Source: a virus (taxonomy: Duplodnaviria > Caudoviricetes). From it: a DNA stretch of 64,000 bases. The position numbers and the translations under genes were made by a program. Under the pieces are notes generated by a model that saw only the letters and a list, made by a program, of their open reading frames with translations, made no database searches and was not told the origin of the DNA. This document shows positions 26,616 through 36,486 of this stretch, piece after piece. Location of the stretch: positions 1 to 64,000 of the IMG/VR virus record IMGVR_UViG_3300007169_000667; one strand, 5' to 3'. Positions within the stretch are counted from its first letter, which is position 1; each line of letters opens with the position of its first letter.

Positions 26616-27452
26616 ATGAAATACGATAATGTTCCCTTTATTTCTTCCGAACCTTTAATTGCCGAAGTAAAGCAAGAGCTTAAATCGTACTTCGAAGCAG
26701 GAGCTATTAGCGAAGTTCTTATTCCTACTTTTGTAGATCAAGCATTAAGAAAGCTTCGTGTTATGGTACTAGATCCTCAAGAAATGGTTCTTCGATTTGA
26801 AAACTATAAGTCTGAGGTACCCTGTGACTTTGCTTTATTAGACTATGCTATTCATTATGATTCAGATGTATTCTGGAGTCAGGGTGTAAACTCAGCTAAA
26901 GGCACTTGGTATAAATCTATACAGTGTACTGAAGGCTGTACAGACTGTGGCTTAAAAGAGGAGATGTATGAGATTGTAACTGTCCCTACTCCTGGATTTA
27001 AGATTACCATGAAGAATCCTACTTGGATTCGAGTGTATCATGGATCAAAAGCTTTGTGTACAGAAGGGTGTGAAAATTTAAATGTTTCTTCAAATAATGT
27101 TATACAGATTCACCCAAATAAGACAGTTACTTCTACGTTTGAAAGCGGTTGTGTTTACTTTAGATATTTCTCACGTCCAATGGATGATGATAACCTACCT
27201 ATGGTGCCAGAAATTCTTGAGGTTGAAGAGTATATCAAGTCTTATCTTAAGTTTAAGTTTTTTGAACAACTTTGGCATTCAGTAGTAGACGAGAGTCAAC
27301 GTCAAGTAGAAGCTAAGTTTCAGTACTACAGACAAGATCAATTAAATAAATTACAAGCTGCTAATGGCTACCTGTTGACTTATACTAAGCAACAGATGGC
27401 AGATAACGTAGCTAAAACTAGAACTCGTTTTAATAAGTTCCATATCTCCTAA
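26616..27452 (+). CDS. Tail tubular or ring protein (P22 gp4-like position)
   Basis: Upstream of the muzzle gene; DD-x-x-LPMVPE...I-x-x-Y motif; synteny. Confidence 0.6.
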   Translation: MKYDNVPFISSEPLIAEVKQELKSYFEAGAISEVLIPTFVDQALRKLRVMVLDPQEMVLRFENYKSEVPCDFALLDYAIHYDSDVFWSQGVNSAKGTWYKSIQCTEGCTDCGLKEEMYEIVTVPTPGFKITMKNPTWIRVYHGSKALCTEGCENLNVSSNNVIQIHPNKTVTSTFESGCVYFRYFSRPMDDDNLPMVPEILEVEEYIKSYLKFKFFEQLWHSVVDESQRQVEAKFQYYRQDQLNKLQAANGYLLTYTKQQMADNVAKTRTRFNKFHIS

Positions 27453-27457
27453 GTTTA

Positions 27458-30400
27458 ATGGATAACAAGATAAATCAAAATGTAGCAGGTTTAAACCTTG
27501 ATTCGGTTAACTACCAGATTAAGGAGAACATGATTACGTTTGCTCTAAATGCAAACATTCAGTCTCATGACGGTAATTCTACTACCTATACAAATGAGTC
27601 TTCTAACCAGTTATGTTTTGATTTTACTTCTCAGTATCCTGGCTACAAGATTGTAGGTAATTTAAACATTATAGAACAGTCTAAACTAATTGTTTTCTTG
27701 GCTCATCCTGATGGAAGATCTTTGATAGGAGAGATAACTAATTTAGATAAAGACTGTAACACATTAACAAAGTCTGAAACAGACTGTGGTTGTATTTCTG
27801 GAACAGTGGTCAGCAGTACCGTAGGATCTCAACTAGGAGAGTCCCTAGATACTTGTTGTACTTTTACTCCTCTTATAGTAGACAACTGTTGTCAAGATAC
27901 AGGAGGATGCTATTTCTATTCTGTAGAATCTGTAGAGCAACAAGGTGAATCTAATCAAGCATATACAGTTAACTGGACTGACTGTAGTGGGCAACAACAA
28001 AGTCAAAGTTTTTTTGGCTTAGGTTTCTTCCTAGCACGCAAAGGACAATATACTTTGCCTCCGAATGTTAGAATCATTAGTGAAGTTTATGAAGGAGGAG
28101 GAACTCCTTGTGATCCAGGAACAGGATGCTGTTTGAAACTATCAGTCGATTTTCCTGTATTTGCTGAGTATCGTATTGACAACTGTGAGACTAAGATCTA
28201 CTTTGTTGCACGTAATATACAACCTCGTTATTTCTCTTTAGAAGAACCTTTAGGGAAAGATCAATGTGGTGATCCCATCAACTCTCTTTCAACTGCTTGT
28301 GAGCGCTTAAAACTGTTTCCTGACTTCTGTCAACCAGAAGTATATCCTACCTCAGTAGATTCAGGAGGAAGACTTAAGGGAGGTGTTTATTCTTTTTCTG
28401 TAGCCTATGCAGACGAGAACGGAAAAGAACTTACAGACTATGTTGATTTTTGTAATCCTATTCCAATCTTTGAACGGACTATTACAGAACAAACAGAGTA
28501 CGAAACTTCTAAATCTATTAGAATTTCTATAGATCATAAAACTGCAATCTTTGATTATTTTAACTTAACTGTTGCAGAAAATATTAATGAAGTAACTACA
28601 TACCACTTAGTAGGTACTTACAGAGTTAATCAATCTAGTCTAAAAGATTCTATTATTTACACAGGAGATTACTCTTCTACTTTTTCTTCTATTACTCCTT
28701 TAGTTCGTAGTCCTCACTATGAGCATGCTGAGATTATCGAAAAGCAGAACGACATCTTGATGTTGGCTGACTTGGTGGAAACGCCTAAGTACAACTTCCA
28801 ACTTATTGCAAATCAGATTAAACTTCGTTGGGAAACTGTGCAGATGCCTGTAGATAAGAAGTTTGATTATTCTAATCCTGAGGTTGCTTACTTCTTCCGC
28901 ACATATCAGAGGGATGAGGTTTATCCTTTTGGAATTAAATTTAAATTAAAGAACGGTAAATACACAGATGTATTTCATATTCCTGGTAGGCTACCTAGTA
29001 GTACAGACCTAGAACCTATGAATCCTGATAATAAGGATGTATTCCAAATTGTAAATGACTGCGTAGTAGAAGACCAATCCTTACGTTGGCAGGTATACAA
29101 TACAGGATCTAAAGGATTGATGTACTCTGAAAATCCTGCAAATAAACAAGAAGAACAATACTCTTGTGCTATTACTCCAGGGGAGGCAGGACAGTTTGCT
29201 TATTGGGAATCTACAGAGACTTATCCTTGTTATGAAGAAGTATGGGGAGATTTAGCAGGTCAACCTATTCGTCACCACAAATTTCCTGACAGTGCTATTA
29301 CACACATCCATAAAAACGATGAAGCTATTATCTATCCTATAGGTGTGCGTATACAGGAGACAGAGTTTGAAAACGTAATAAACAACACAACTGTCTATGA
29401 TCCGTTAAATACTTATGGTAATCACCAGATTCCTGTTAAGGAACTTATCTGTGGGTACGAGTTAGTAAGAGGTAATCGTGTAAACAATAAGTCTGTAATT
29501 GCTAAAGGATTAGTTTATGATGTAGGAACCTTCTTAGACAAGACCACAGGAAAGAAAGTATACTATCCTAATTATCCTTATAATGACTTAAACCAAGATC
29601 CTTATCTTAAGATGGGATCTGATTGGTACAAAGAAGGCGATAGAGGAATGGTGAGTGATGATATGGGAAATCACTCTGGGTTTATAAACACTATAGCTTT
29701 TGGATCTCAAAGATTTACTTTCCATTCCCCTGATACTCACTTTCAGTATCCTAAGATTGGAACAGAACTTAAATTAGAGACTATAGAACATGGGACTGTA
29801 AAGGGCCATTTTGTTCCTGTACTAGACCATCCTAAATATAAGATAATCGGAAGAGGAACTAATATTTTGTCTTCTTCAGTAGCCACACTTTTATCATATG
29901 TTACAAGTGCTGAATCAGACGCAAGTGCTACAGCAGGCTTTAGATCTACTTTTGAAAGTCGAGTAACAGAGATTATAACTAATACCTCTATAATGAAAGA
30001 CCTGATAGAAAAGGCTTTGTCTTATAGAGAATTAGCATGGCAGTATAACTCAGTTGGTACCTATACTAAATATGAATCTATTCCTAACACAGGGGATAAA
30101 CGAAGAGTACTGGATATTGGTTTATACGCTAACGACAAGATAGTAGAGTTAAATGATGATGCTCCATTACATAATAGATTAAGAGAGACTTCTGTTTATC
30201 TAAAAGTAGGTCAGACATTTGCCCTTCATTCTGCTACTAGTATTGTTGATACTTCAAGATTCACAATCTCTCAGGCAGGAATGGAAGACAATCCATCACG
30301 GATTGTAGAGTCTAATACTCGTGCCTACTACTCTTCAATTAAACGAAATTTCCCTAACCAATATGGACAAATAGAAAACATTAAATACGTATCTACTGGC

Positions 30401-32557
30401 TATAGTGCAGATGTATTTGAAGATAATACAGGATACTTAAAAGTAGAAAGAACTTTCTATCCTGCATTTGGTGGCGATACATACATTAACCAGTTTGCCC
30501 TTAAGCGTAAACACTCTTTCTTTACTCGTAACTTAGCTAACTTGCCTGCTAAAGTAGACAATGTTCCGTTTGATTATTGGCTGTATCCAAACTTGGGATA
30601 TCCAACATTCTATGCTGGTAACTCATCTGAAGCTATTACTGCAGCAGATGTAGCAGGAACTCTCACTGCTCTTGGAGTAGCAATAACTGCAAAGAAGGCT
30701 CCTGCATTACTTAACTTAGGATCACAAGCTACTGCTATTGCTGAACTTGCTGCGGATGCCGCTTTTACTACTGCATTTGCTTCTATACTGAACGACTATA
30801 TTCCTAAGATAAATCTTGATGCGGCAAACAGTTCGTTTGACGTAGATAGGGAAGGATACTTTTATACAGCTTCTTACGGTATTCCAGTATTCTATGTAGA
30901 GTCCGATATTAATGTAGACTTACGTCATGGAAGAAACGACCTAGAAGAAAACTTTTATCCTAATGTAGGAGAAGGTATTCCTGATGAGTGGCTACATGAA
31001 GTAAATGTCCCTATTAAGTTTGATAACTTCTACCACTACAACGCCACTTATTCTGCACAGAACTTGAGTCCTAACTTACCATACAGACTAAAGTATCCTT
31101 CATTGGAGTGTTTATCTATTCATCATAACCGTGTAATTTATTCTGATCCTGCAAATTCCTCTAATTATCTTTCAGATGCTTGGAGAGTGTTCCGTCCAGG
31201 AAACTTCTATGACTTTCCTAAGCAAGGTGGTCGCTTAGTTGATTTGAATGCAGGAGAGAATGAAAGAGTATACGCTAGATTTGAAAATACTACTAAGGTA
31301 TACAACTCTCGTATTACATTAAGTACTACTTCTCCTTATCAGTTAGAGATTGGTAATGCAGAAATGTTTAAACAAAAGCCTGTTGACTTGGCTAAGAGTG
31401 ACTTGGGTTATATTGGAACTCAACACAAAGCTTATGTCAAGTGTGAATATGGTACATTCTGGGTAGACGCTAAACGTGGTCATATCTATCAAATTACAGG
31501 AGACGGCTTTAACGAGATTAAAACAGAAAATAACTATAACTGGTTTAAGCAAAATCTACCTTTCCAAATTCTTAAAGACATCCCTAATGCAGACGTAGAT
31601 AATCCTCCTATCGGATTAGGCATTGTTATGGGTTGGGATGAAAGATACGAAAGAGTATTTATTACTAAGTTGGACTACAGAGTAAAGCCAGAATATCGTG
31701 AAGGAAATTCTTCTGTAGTCAAGTACATTACAGATACTTCAGATACTAATTATCGTAAGTATGTACTCGAGACAGGGGCCACTCAAGTTACAATTACTTT
31801 TGGTGACCCAGCTTTCTTTGAGAACAAGTCTTGGACAGTAGCATATTCACCTAAGTTAAAGAACTTTATTTCTTTCTACTCTTTCCTTCCTAATTTCTTT
31901 GTTCCTCAGTTAGGTCATTTTCAAACAATGATTAATACCTCTGCAGGAGCATCTACGTGGAACCATAATTTATCTGTGTATACTTATCAGACTTACTACA
32001 ATAGGTTGTATCCTTATATACTAGAGTATAATGTAAGTACATTTCCTCAGATATCTACGGTAAATTCTGTTACATTGATGCAAGATATCCAAGAATACTA
32101 CTCTGATTACGAGTACTATTCTTTAGGTACTAATAACAATACTAACTTAGCAAACTTTACTAAGGCTATTATCTATAATAAAGAACAGTCTTCTGGTACT
32201 ATCAAACTAATTCCAGAGATATTTGGTAACACAAGACAGAAGATCACTTATCCTAGAATGACAGCAACAGGTATAGAAACACTTATCTCTCGTAGGGACC
32301 ATGTCAGTACTTTTAACGGATTCTGGAACGTTGCAGCTCAAGGAAATGGGCAACCTTTGTGGTCTACCCAATGGAGTGACTTAGTTACTCAATATCCTAT
32401 AGACAAAGTACCTAATACTAAGAGTATAAGACCTACATCTGTATCCTATCAAAAAAATAAAATTAAGTCTGACTTTGCTAGAGTAAGATTGATTCAAGAT
32501 CAGTACTCTAGATTTAAGTTTATTAACACCATTCAAATAACTCAAACAAATCCATAA
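27458..32557 (+). CDS. Tail stabilisation or muzzle protein (1699 aa)
   Basis: GLN-x-D N-terminus with ALNA, G-x-Y-x-F-x-x-AY, R-x-YQRDEVY-x-FGI, IRHHKFP, FGGDTYI and W-D-x-x-Y-x-R motifs of the crAss-like P22 gp10-like family; last gene before the cargo block. Confidence 0.8.
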   Translation: MDNKINQNVAGLNLDSVNYQIKENMITFALNANIQSHDGNSTTYTNESSNQLCFDFTSQYPGYKIVGNLNIIEQSKLIVFLAHPDGRSLIGEITNLDKDCNTLTKSETDCGCISGTVVSSTVGSQLGESLDTCCTFTPLIVDNCCQDTGGCYFYSVESVEQQGESNQAYTVNWTDCSGQQQSQSFFGLGFFLARKGQYTLPPNVRIISEVYEGGGTPCDPGTGCCLKLSVDFPVFAEYRIDNCETKIYFVARNIQPRYFSLEEPLGKDQCGDPINSLSTACERLKLFPDFCQPEVYPTSVDSGGRLKGGVYSFSVAYADENGKELTDYVDFCNPIPIFERTITEQTEYETSKSIRISIDHKTAIFDYFNLTVAENINEVTTYHLVGTYRVNQSSLKDSIIYTGDYSSTFSSITPLVRSPHYEHAEIIEKQNDILMLADLVETPKYNFQLIANQIKLRWETVQMPVDKKFDYSNPEVAYFFRTYQRDEVYPFGIKFKLKNGKYTDVFHIPGRLPSSTDLEPMNPDNKDVFQIVNDCVVEDQSLRWQVYNTGSKGLMYSENPANKQEEQYSCAITPGEAGQFAYWESTETYPCYEEVWGDLAGQPIRHHKFPDSAITHIHKNDEAIIYPIGVRIQETEFENVINNTTVYDPLNTYGNHQIPVKELICGYELVRGNRVNNKSVIAKGLVYDVGTFLDKTTGKKVYYPNYPYNDLNQDPYLKMGSDWYKEGDRGMVSDDMGNHSGFINTIAFGSQRFTFHSPDTHFQYPKIGTELKLETIEHGTVKGHFVPVLDHPKYKIIGRGTNILSSSVATLLSYVTSAESDASATAGFRSTFESRVTEIITNTSIMKDLIEKALSYRELAWQYNSVGTYTKYESIPNTGDKRRVLDIGLYANDKIVELNDDAPLHNRLRETSVYLKVGQTFALHSATSIVDTSRFTISQAGMEDNPSRIVESNTRAYYSSIKRNFPNQYGQIENIKYVSTGYSADVFEDNTGYLKVERTFYPAFGGDTYINQFALKRKHSFFTRNLANLPAKVDNVPFDYWLYPNLGYPTFYAGNSSEAITAADVAGTLTALGVAITAKKAPALLNLGSQATAIAELAADAAFTTAFASILNDYIPKINLDAANSSFDVDREGYFYTASYGIPVFYVESDINVDLRHGRNDLEENFYPNVGEGIPDEWLHEVNVPIKFDNFYHYNATYSAQNLSPNLPYRLKYPSLECLSIHHNRVIYSDPANSSNYLSDAWRVFRPGNFYDFPKQGGRLVDLNAGENERVYARFENTTKVYNSRITLSTTSPYQLEIGNAEMFKQKPVDLAKSDLGYIGTQHKAYVKCEYGTFWVDAKRGHIYQITGDGFNEIKTENNYNWFKQNLPFQILKDIPNADVDNPPIGLGIVMGWDERYERVFITKLDYRVKPEYREGNSSVVKYITDTSDTNYRKYVLETGATQVTITFGDPAFFENKSWTVAYSPKLKNFISFYSFLPNFFVPQLGHFQTMINTSAGASTWNHNLSVYTYQTYYNRLYPYILEYNVSTFPQISTVNSVTLMQDIQEYYSDYEYYSLGTNNNTNLANFTKAIIYNKEQSSGTIKLIPEIFGNTRQKITYPRMTATGIETLISRRDHVSTFNGFWNVAAQGNGQPLWSTQWSDLVTQYPIDKVPNTKSIRPTSVSYQKNKIKSDFARVRLIQDQYSRFKFINTIQITQTNP

Positions 32558-32567
32558 CATTCTTATC

Positions 32568-32948
32568 ATGAAAGAAAAAGAACTTTTTACAACAATTAAA
32601 CCTGAAATCTTTTTAGGTCAATTGTTTCAGTCTCGTGACATTATGCACTTGACTCACTTGCAAACTGTAAACTATGCTGAGCACAAAGCACTAGACAACT
32701 ACTACAGTTCTGTTTTAGACTTAACTGATAGTCTTATTGAAACTTACTTCGGTACAATTGGAAAGAGAGTAAACATTAAAATTCCTGCATCTGAATACAT
32801 GAATGCACGCACTCACCTTACTTACATGAAGGATTACATCTTCAAGCATAGAGGTGTACTAGGAATGGAGAATACTCATATTCAAAACATCATTGATGAG
32901 ATCCTTGGTCTGATTACTGAAACTTTGTATCTGTTGACTTTATCTTAA
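32568..32948 (+). CDS. Ferritin/Dps-like four-helix protein (DUF5856-like)
   Basis: H-x-x-H-x-QT-x-x-YAEHKALD-x-YY...D-x-x-IETY-x-G...N-x-x-DEI...YLLTL pattern. Confidence 0.7.
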   Translation: MKEKELFTTIKPEIFLGQLFQSRDIMHLTHLQTVNYAEHKALDNYYSSVLDLTDSLIETYFGTIGKRVNIKIPASEYMNARTHLTYMKDYIFKHRGVLGMENTHIQNIIDEILGLITETLYLLTLS

Positions 32949-32972
32949 ACTAAATAACTTAAAATAAATAAT

Positions 32973-33788
32973 ATGAGCCGTTTAAAAAACTCTTACTCTA
33001 CCTGCATGAGTTGCGGAGGTAAGAAAATGAAATCAGGAGGCAAATGGATTCAGAGCGCTATTAAAAAGCCAGGATCTTTTACTGCACAAGCTAAGAATGC
33101 AGGTATGTCTGTTCCTGCATTTCGTGATAAAGTATTAAGCAACAAAGAGAAGTTCTCAAGTACTACTGTAAAACGTGCTAACTTGGCTAAGACTCTTTCT
33201 AAGATGCGTAAGGGTGAGGATGGTATGGAAATGGAAAGACCAAGAGAAATGGATATGCCTACAGTAAAAGCAATTGACCCATTAAACATGGCTGCTAAGA
33301 GTACTTTAAATCAATTAGAAAGTTCTAACCTTTCTCCTGAAAGACAAAAAGTAATGAAGTATCAGCAAATGTTGCAAAGTAAGGGATTTAATATTGCTGC
33401 TGATGGTGCTTGGGGACCTGAAACACAAAAAGCTTATGAGTCATACATTAAGTCTAAGACTGCTCCTGCAGCTAAGTCTACTGTTAAACCTGCAGCTAAG
33501 TCGGTGGTAAATTCTCCAGCTAAAACAATAAAGACTAGTTATGATCCTGCAGTAACTCCAAGTAATAAATATACTGGACCATACTCTACTCGTGTTAATC
33601 CTGCAGTCAATACAAGAAGTTACTCTGATAATACTAGATTAGCAAATCCTGTAAGACCTTATTCTGTAAAAGGTTCTGGCAATCCTAATCAACCGCAGCT
33701 TAAAGCAACTTCAAAAAAATCTACTCCATATAAAGCTGTAGGTATTAATGCTGCAATGGAGTATATCGCAAAACAAAACAGAAAATAA
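32973..33788 (+). CDS. Basic internal virion protein with a peptidoglycan-binding-like domain
   Basis: KWIQ-x-AIK-x-PG basic module; YQQML-x-x-KG...DG-x-WGPETQKA (PG_binding_1-like); [MF]xxGG motifs. Confidence 0.65.
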   Translation: MSRLKNSYSTCMSCGGKKMKSGGKWIQSAIKKPGSFTAQAKNAGMSVPAFRDKVLSNKEKFSSTTVKRANLAKTLSKMRKGEDGMEMERPREMDMPTVKAIDPLNMAAKSTLNQLESSNLSPERQKVMKYQQMLQSKGFNIAADGAWGPETQKAYESYIKSKTAPAAKSTVKPAAKSVVNSPAKTIKTSYDPAVTPSNKYTGPYSTRVNPAVNTRSYSDNTRLANPVRPYSVKGSGNPNQPQLKATSKKSTPYKAVGINAAMEYIAKQNRK

Positions 33789-35749
33789 TGTTTGTACCAG
33801 GAGTAAATGGTTCCGTAATTCCAAGTGCACCCTCAGGCTCTAGGCTTAAGGGTGCATATAAGAATTCTAAGAAACGTAAGATGCCTAATGGAGGATCTGT
33901 AGCTATAAATAATATATCTCCTGAAGGAAGTGTAGCTTACTCTTACTCTCCTTCTTTTAAATCACTTAGAGGAAAGTTAGAAGGGTCTACTAATATCTTA
34001 ACAGGTAAGCAAGACTTTCTTATTCCTAGTGTTGGTGCATCTTATAAGGGTGTAGATCTAGATTATACTCCAGGAAATGTAAGAGCATCCTTGATGACTA
34101 ATAAGCTAAACTTAGATGCATCAGCAGACTTCAATAAAAATAAAGTAGTAGGAGCAGCAGTATCTGGAAACTATCAAGTTAATCCTAACTTATCTTTTTA
34201 TGGTAATGCAAACTATACTCCAAAAGAACCTCTTAGTTATGGAGTAGGATTTAGATTTAATAAGAATTTTAAAGCCGGAGGTACTAGGTATGTGCCACCC
34301 AGTAAAAGACCTCTAAGTTTTACTAGTAATGCTCCTAGCACTACAGACAACACATTTGTAGCTAGACCTTACATGCCTATAAAATCTGCTTATCAAATGG
34401 CTGATGCAGAGAGAATTAGACAAATGCATTCTAAAATTAAACCACAAAATCAAAAACAAAATCAATATACAGATAATACATTTGTAAATATTAAACCGCA
34501 GGGTAAAGTTAAACCTAAGATCAATCCCACTCCAACACCTAAAAAAGTATCTACTAATAAGATTACCACTCCTGTAACACAAGTTGATAACAGGTCTTAC
34601 CAAGATAATACTTATAGAAAACCAGATGGATTAGAAGGTATAAGTGGAAAAACTCTTACACAATGGGATGTTAATAGAGATTATGAACAAGCAAATGAGT
34701 CTAGGTTTAGATCTCCTGTAGGAGCTGCTTTAGACATTCTTCCTACTCCTGCTGCTTCTTATCTACGTAGTTTTGCTAGTATAGACAACCGAAGTGATAA
34801 TTTTACTGAGGGTCAAAAAAAAGCAGTTGCTTATGCTATTGCAAAAGCCGAAGAAAAAGGAAATCCTGCAGGACAAGCAGGTTATACAGGAAGTTTTGGA
34901 TACGATGATTACCCAAGTAAAAGGCAAGCGTATAATTCTCTACATACATTACATAAATCTGATGGAAAGTTTTCTGATAAGGTAGAAAATATGAAAAAAA
35001 ACTGGCCATCACTAACTGCTCAAACTACTCTAGGAAGAGCGTCATTTAAAAAGGTTAATGATAAAGAGTATCTTATTCATGATAAATATAATTTTGATGA
35101 ACATGCTAAAGATCCTCAAAGTATTACAGAACGATTAGAAAAGATAGGTTACGACTTTGGAGTAGAAGCAGAAACAAATTTAGTAGTGCCTAAGAGTTAT
35201 GTAGACGAAGCTAAAAAACAAATCCTTGCAGAAAAAAATGCAAAGCCAGTTGTACCTACAAAGAAAGAGATTGTTGCGCCTACAAAAACTACTGTTCCTG
35301 CAAAAGCTAAAGCACAAGAAACATATCAAACTACTGCTTCTAAAAAGACTTATTCTCCTTCACCCACTAAATCTACTACAACTCTTAAGTCTAATACCTC
35401 TACTCCTGCAACAAAAAGTTCTTCTACCTTAACAGGAGAAAGACTTAAAGTACAGAATTACCAAAAGATGCTTAATGAAAAGTATGGAGCTAATCTTGAA
35501 ACAGATGGAGCATGGGGAAAGAATACACAAGCAGCTTATGAAAAGTATGTTTTAAATAAAAAGATGGAGAACGGAGGAAAGATATCTAACGATAAACAAA
35601 TGGTAGATGGAGTGGCAGGAATCTTAAGAGATGTGAAAAGTAAACAAAATAGATTACAGTTAGCTAATAAAATGGCTAAGCAATTTAATAGAGAAAAAGT
35701 AAACTATAATTTATCTGACTTCTTAAATAAAGCTAAAGTAAAGAAATGA
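33788..35749 (+). CDS. Modular internal virion protein (beta-rich N-domain, low-complexity linkers, PG-binding-like domain)
   Basis: Three [MF]xxGG motifs, DNT repeats, YQKML...DGAWG-x-x-TQAAY. Confidence 0.65.
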   Translation: MFVPGVNGSVIPSAPSGSRLKGAYKNSKKRKMPNGGSVAINNISPEGSVAYSYSPSFKSLRGKLEGSTNILTGKQDFLIPSVGASYKGVDLDYTPGNVRASLMTNKLNLDASADFNKNKVVGAAVSGNYQVNPNLSFYGNANYTPKEPLSYGVGFRFNKNFKAGGTRYVPPSKRPLSFTSNAPSTTDNTFVARPYMPIKSAYQMADAERIRQMHSKIKPQNQKQNQYTDNTFVNIKPQGKVKPKINPTPTPKKVSTNKITTPVTQVDNRSYQDNTYRKPDGLEGISGKTLTQWDVNRDYEQANESRFRSPVGAALDILPTPAASYLRSFASIDNRSDNFTEGQKKAVAYAIAKAEEKGNPAGQAGYTGSFGYDDYPSKRQAYNSLHTLHKSDGKFSDKVENMKKNWPSLTAQTTLGRASFKKVNDKEYLIHDKYNFDEHAKDPQSITERLEKIGYDFGVEAETNLVVPKSYVDEAKKQILAEKNAKPVVPTKKEIVAPTKTTVPAKAKAQETYQTTASKKTYSPSPTKSTTTLKSNTSTPATKSSSTLTGERLKVQNYQKMLNEKYGANLETDGAWGKNTQAAYEKYVLNKKMENGGKISNDKQMVDGVAGILRDVKSKQNRLQLANKMAKQFNREKVNYNLSDFLNKAKVKK

Positions 35750-36195
35750 AACAAATGATAAAGCGTAAAGATGGGTCTTACTCACAACGTGGATTGTGGG
35801 ATAATTTGAGGGCCAATAAAGGATCAGGTAAGAATCCCACAAAAGAGATGCTTAACCAAGAGGCTAAAATTAAAAAAGAAAGTCGCTTAAAGAAAGCATA
35901 TATGGCTAAGGGTGGAAACATTCGTCATACAACTAAAGGTCCAGGAGCGAACTACCGTCCTACAAAACAAGGAGCAGGAATGACTCAGAAAGGTGTAATG
36001 GCCTATCGTAGAGCAAACCCTGGATCTAAACTAAGCACTGCTGTTACAGGTAAGGTAAAACCTGGAAGTAAGGCAGCTATGCGTAGAAAGTCTTATTGTG
36101 CTAGATCACTAGGTCAGTTACGTAGATCTTCACAGGCTACACAGAATGATCCTAATAGCAGAATTAGACAAGCACGCAGACGTTGGAAGTGCTAA
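35746..36195 (+). CDS. Highly basic core protein (DUF6321-like C-terminal domain)
   Basis: G-x-x-AYRRANPGSKL...RRKSYCARS-x-G...SR-x-x-x-ARRRWKC; N-terminal RKDGS-x-SQRGLWDN module. Confidence 0.7.
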   Translation: MKQMIKRKDGSYSQRGLWDNLRANKGSGKNPTKEMLNQEAKIKKESRLKKAYMAKGGNIRHTTKGPGANYRPTKQGAGMTQKGVMAYRRANPGSKLSTAVTGKVKPGSKAAMRRKSYCARSLGQLRRSSQATQNDPNSRIRQARRRWKC

Positions 36196-36226
36196 AAACC
36201 AAAATTAAAAAACTAAAACTAAATAT

Positions 36227-36382
36227 ATGGCCGCTAAAGCATCTAAATCAAAATCAACTTCTACTGCTTCAAAGTTTAAAGTTAAACCAAAGATCCGCAG
36301 AAAAGGAGTAGTAGCAAAAACTAAAGCTTCAAAGTTAAAGTCTAGTAAGAACTACTTAAAGAAATCACGAGGTCAGGGGTAA
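36227..36382 (+). CDS. Small protamine-like basic protein missed by the ORF track (51 aa)
   Basis: MAAKASKSKSTSTASKFKVKPKIRRKGVVAKTKASKLKSSKNYLKKSRGQG; 18 K/R and no D/E; A-rich leader; terminator directly after. Confidence 0.75.
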   Translation: MAAKASKSKSTSTASKFKVKPKIRRKGVVAKTKASKLKSSKNYLKKSRGQG

Positions 36383-36405
36383 GCAATTACCCCTTGCTTT
36401 TTTTT
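36375..36405 (+). terminator. Intrinsic terminator
   Basis: aggggtaa-GCAA-ttacccct followed by a long T run. Confidence 0.8.
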
Positions 36406-36423
36406 ATTAATCTTGTATATTTG
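36394..36423 (+). promoter_or_regulatory. Bacteroidota-type promoter of the cargo operon
   Basis: TTG, 19 nt, TATATTTG. Confidence 0.7.
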
Positions 36424-36486
36424 TATAACTAGCTTATTTCCAAGCAGTTATTAACATACTAAGTTAATAACATTAATCATTAAAAC

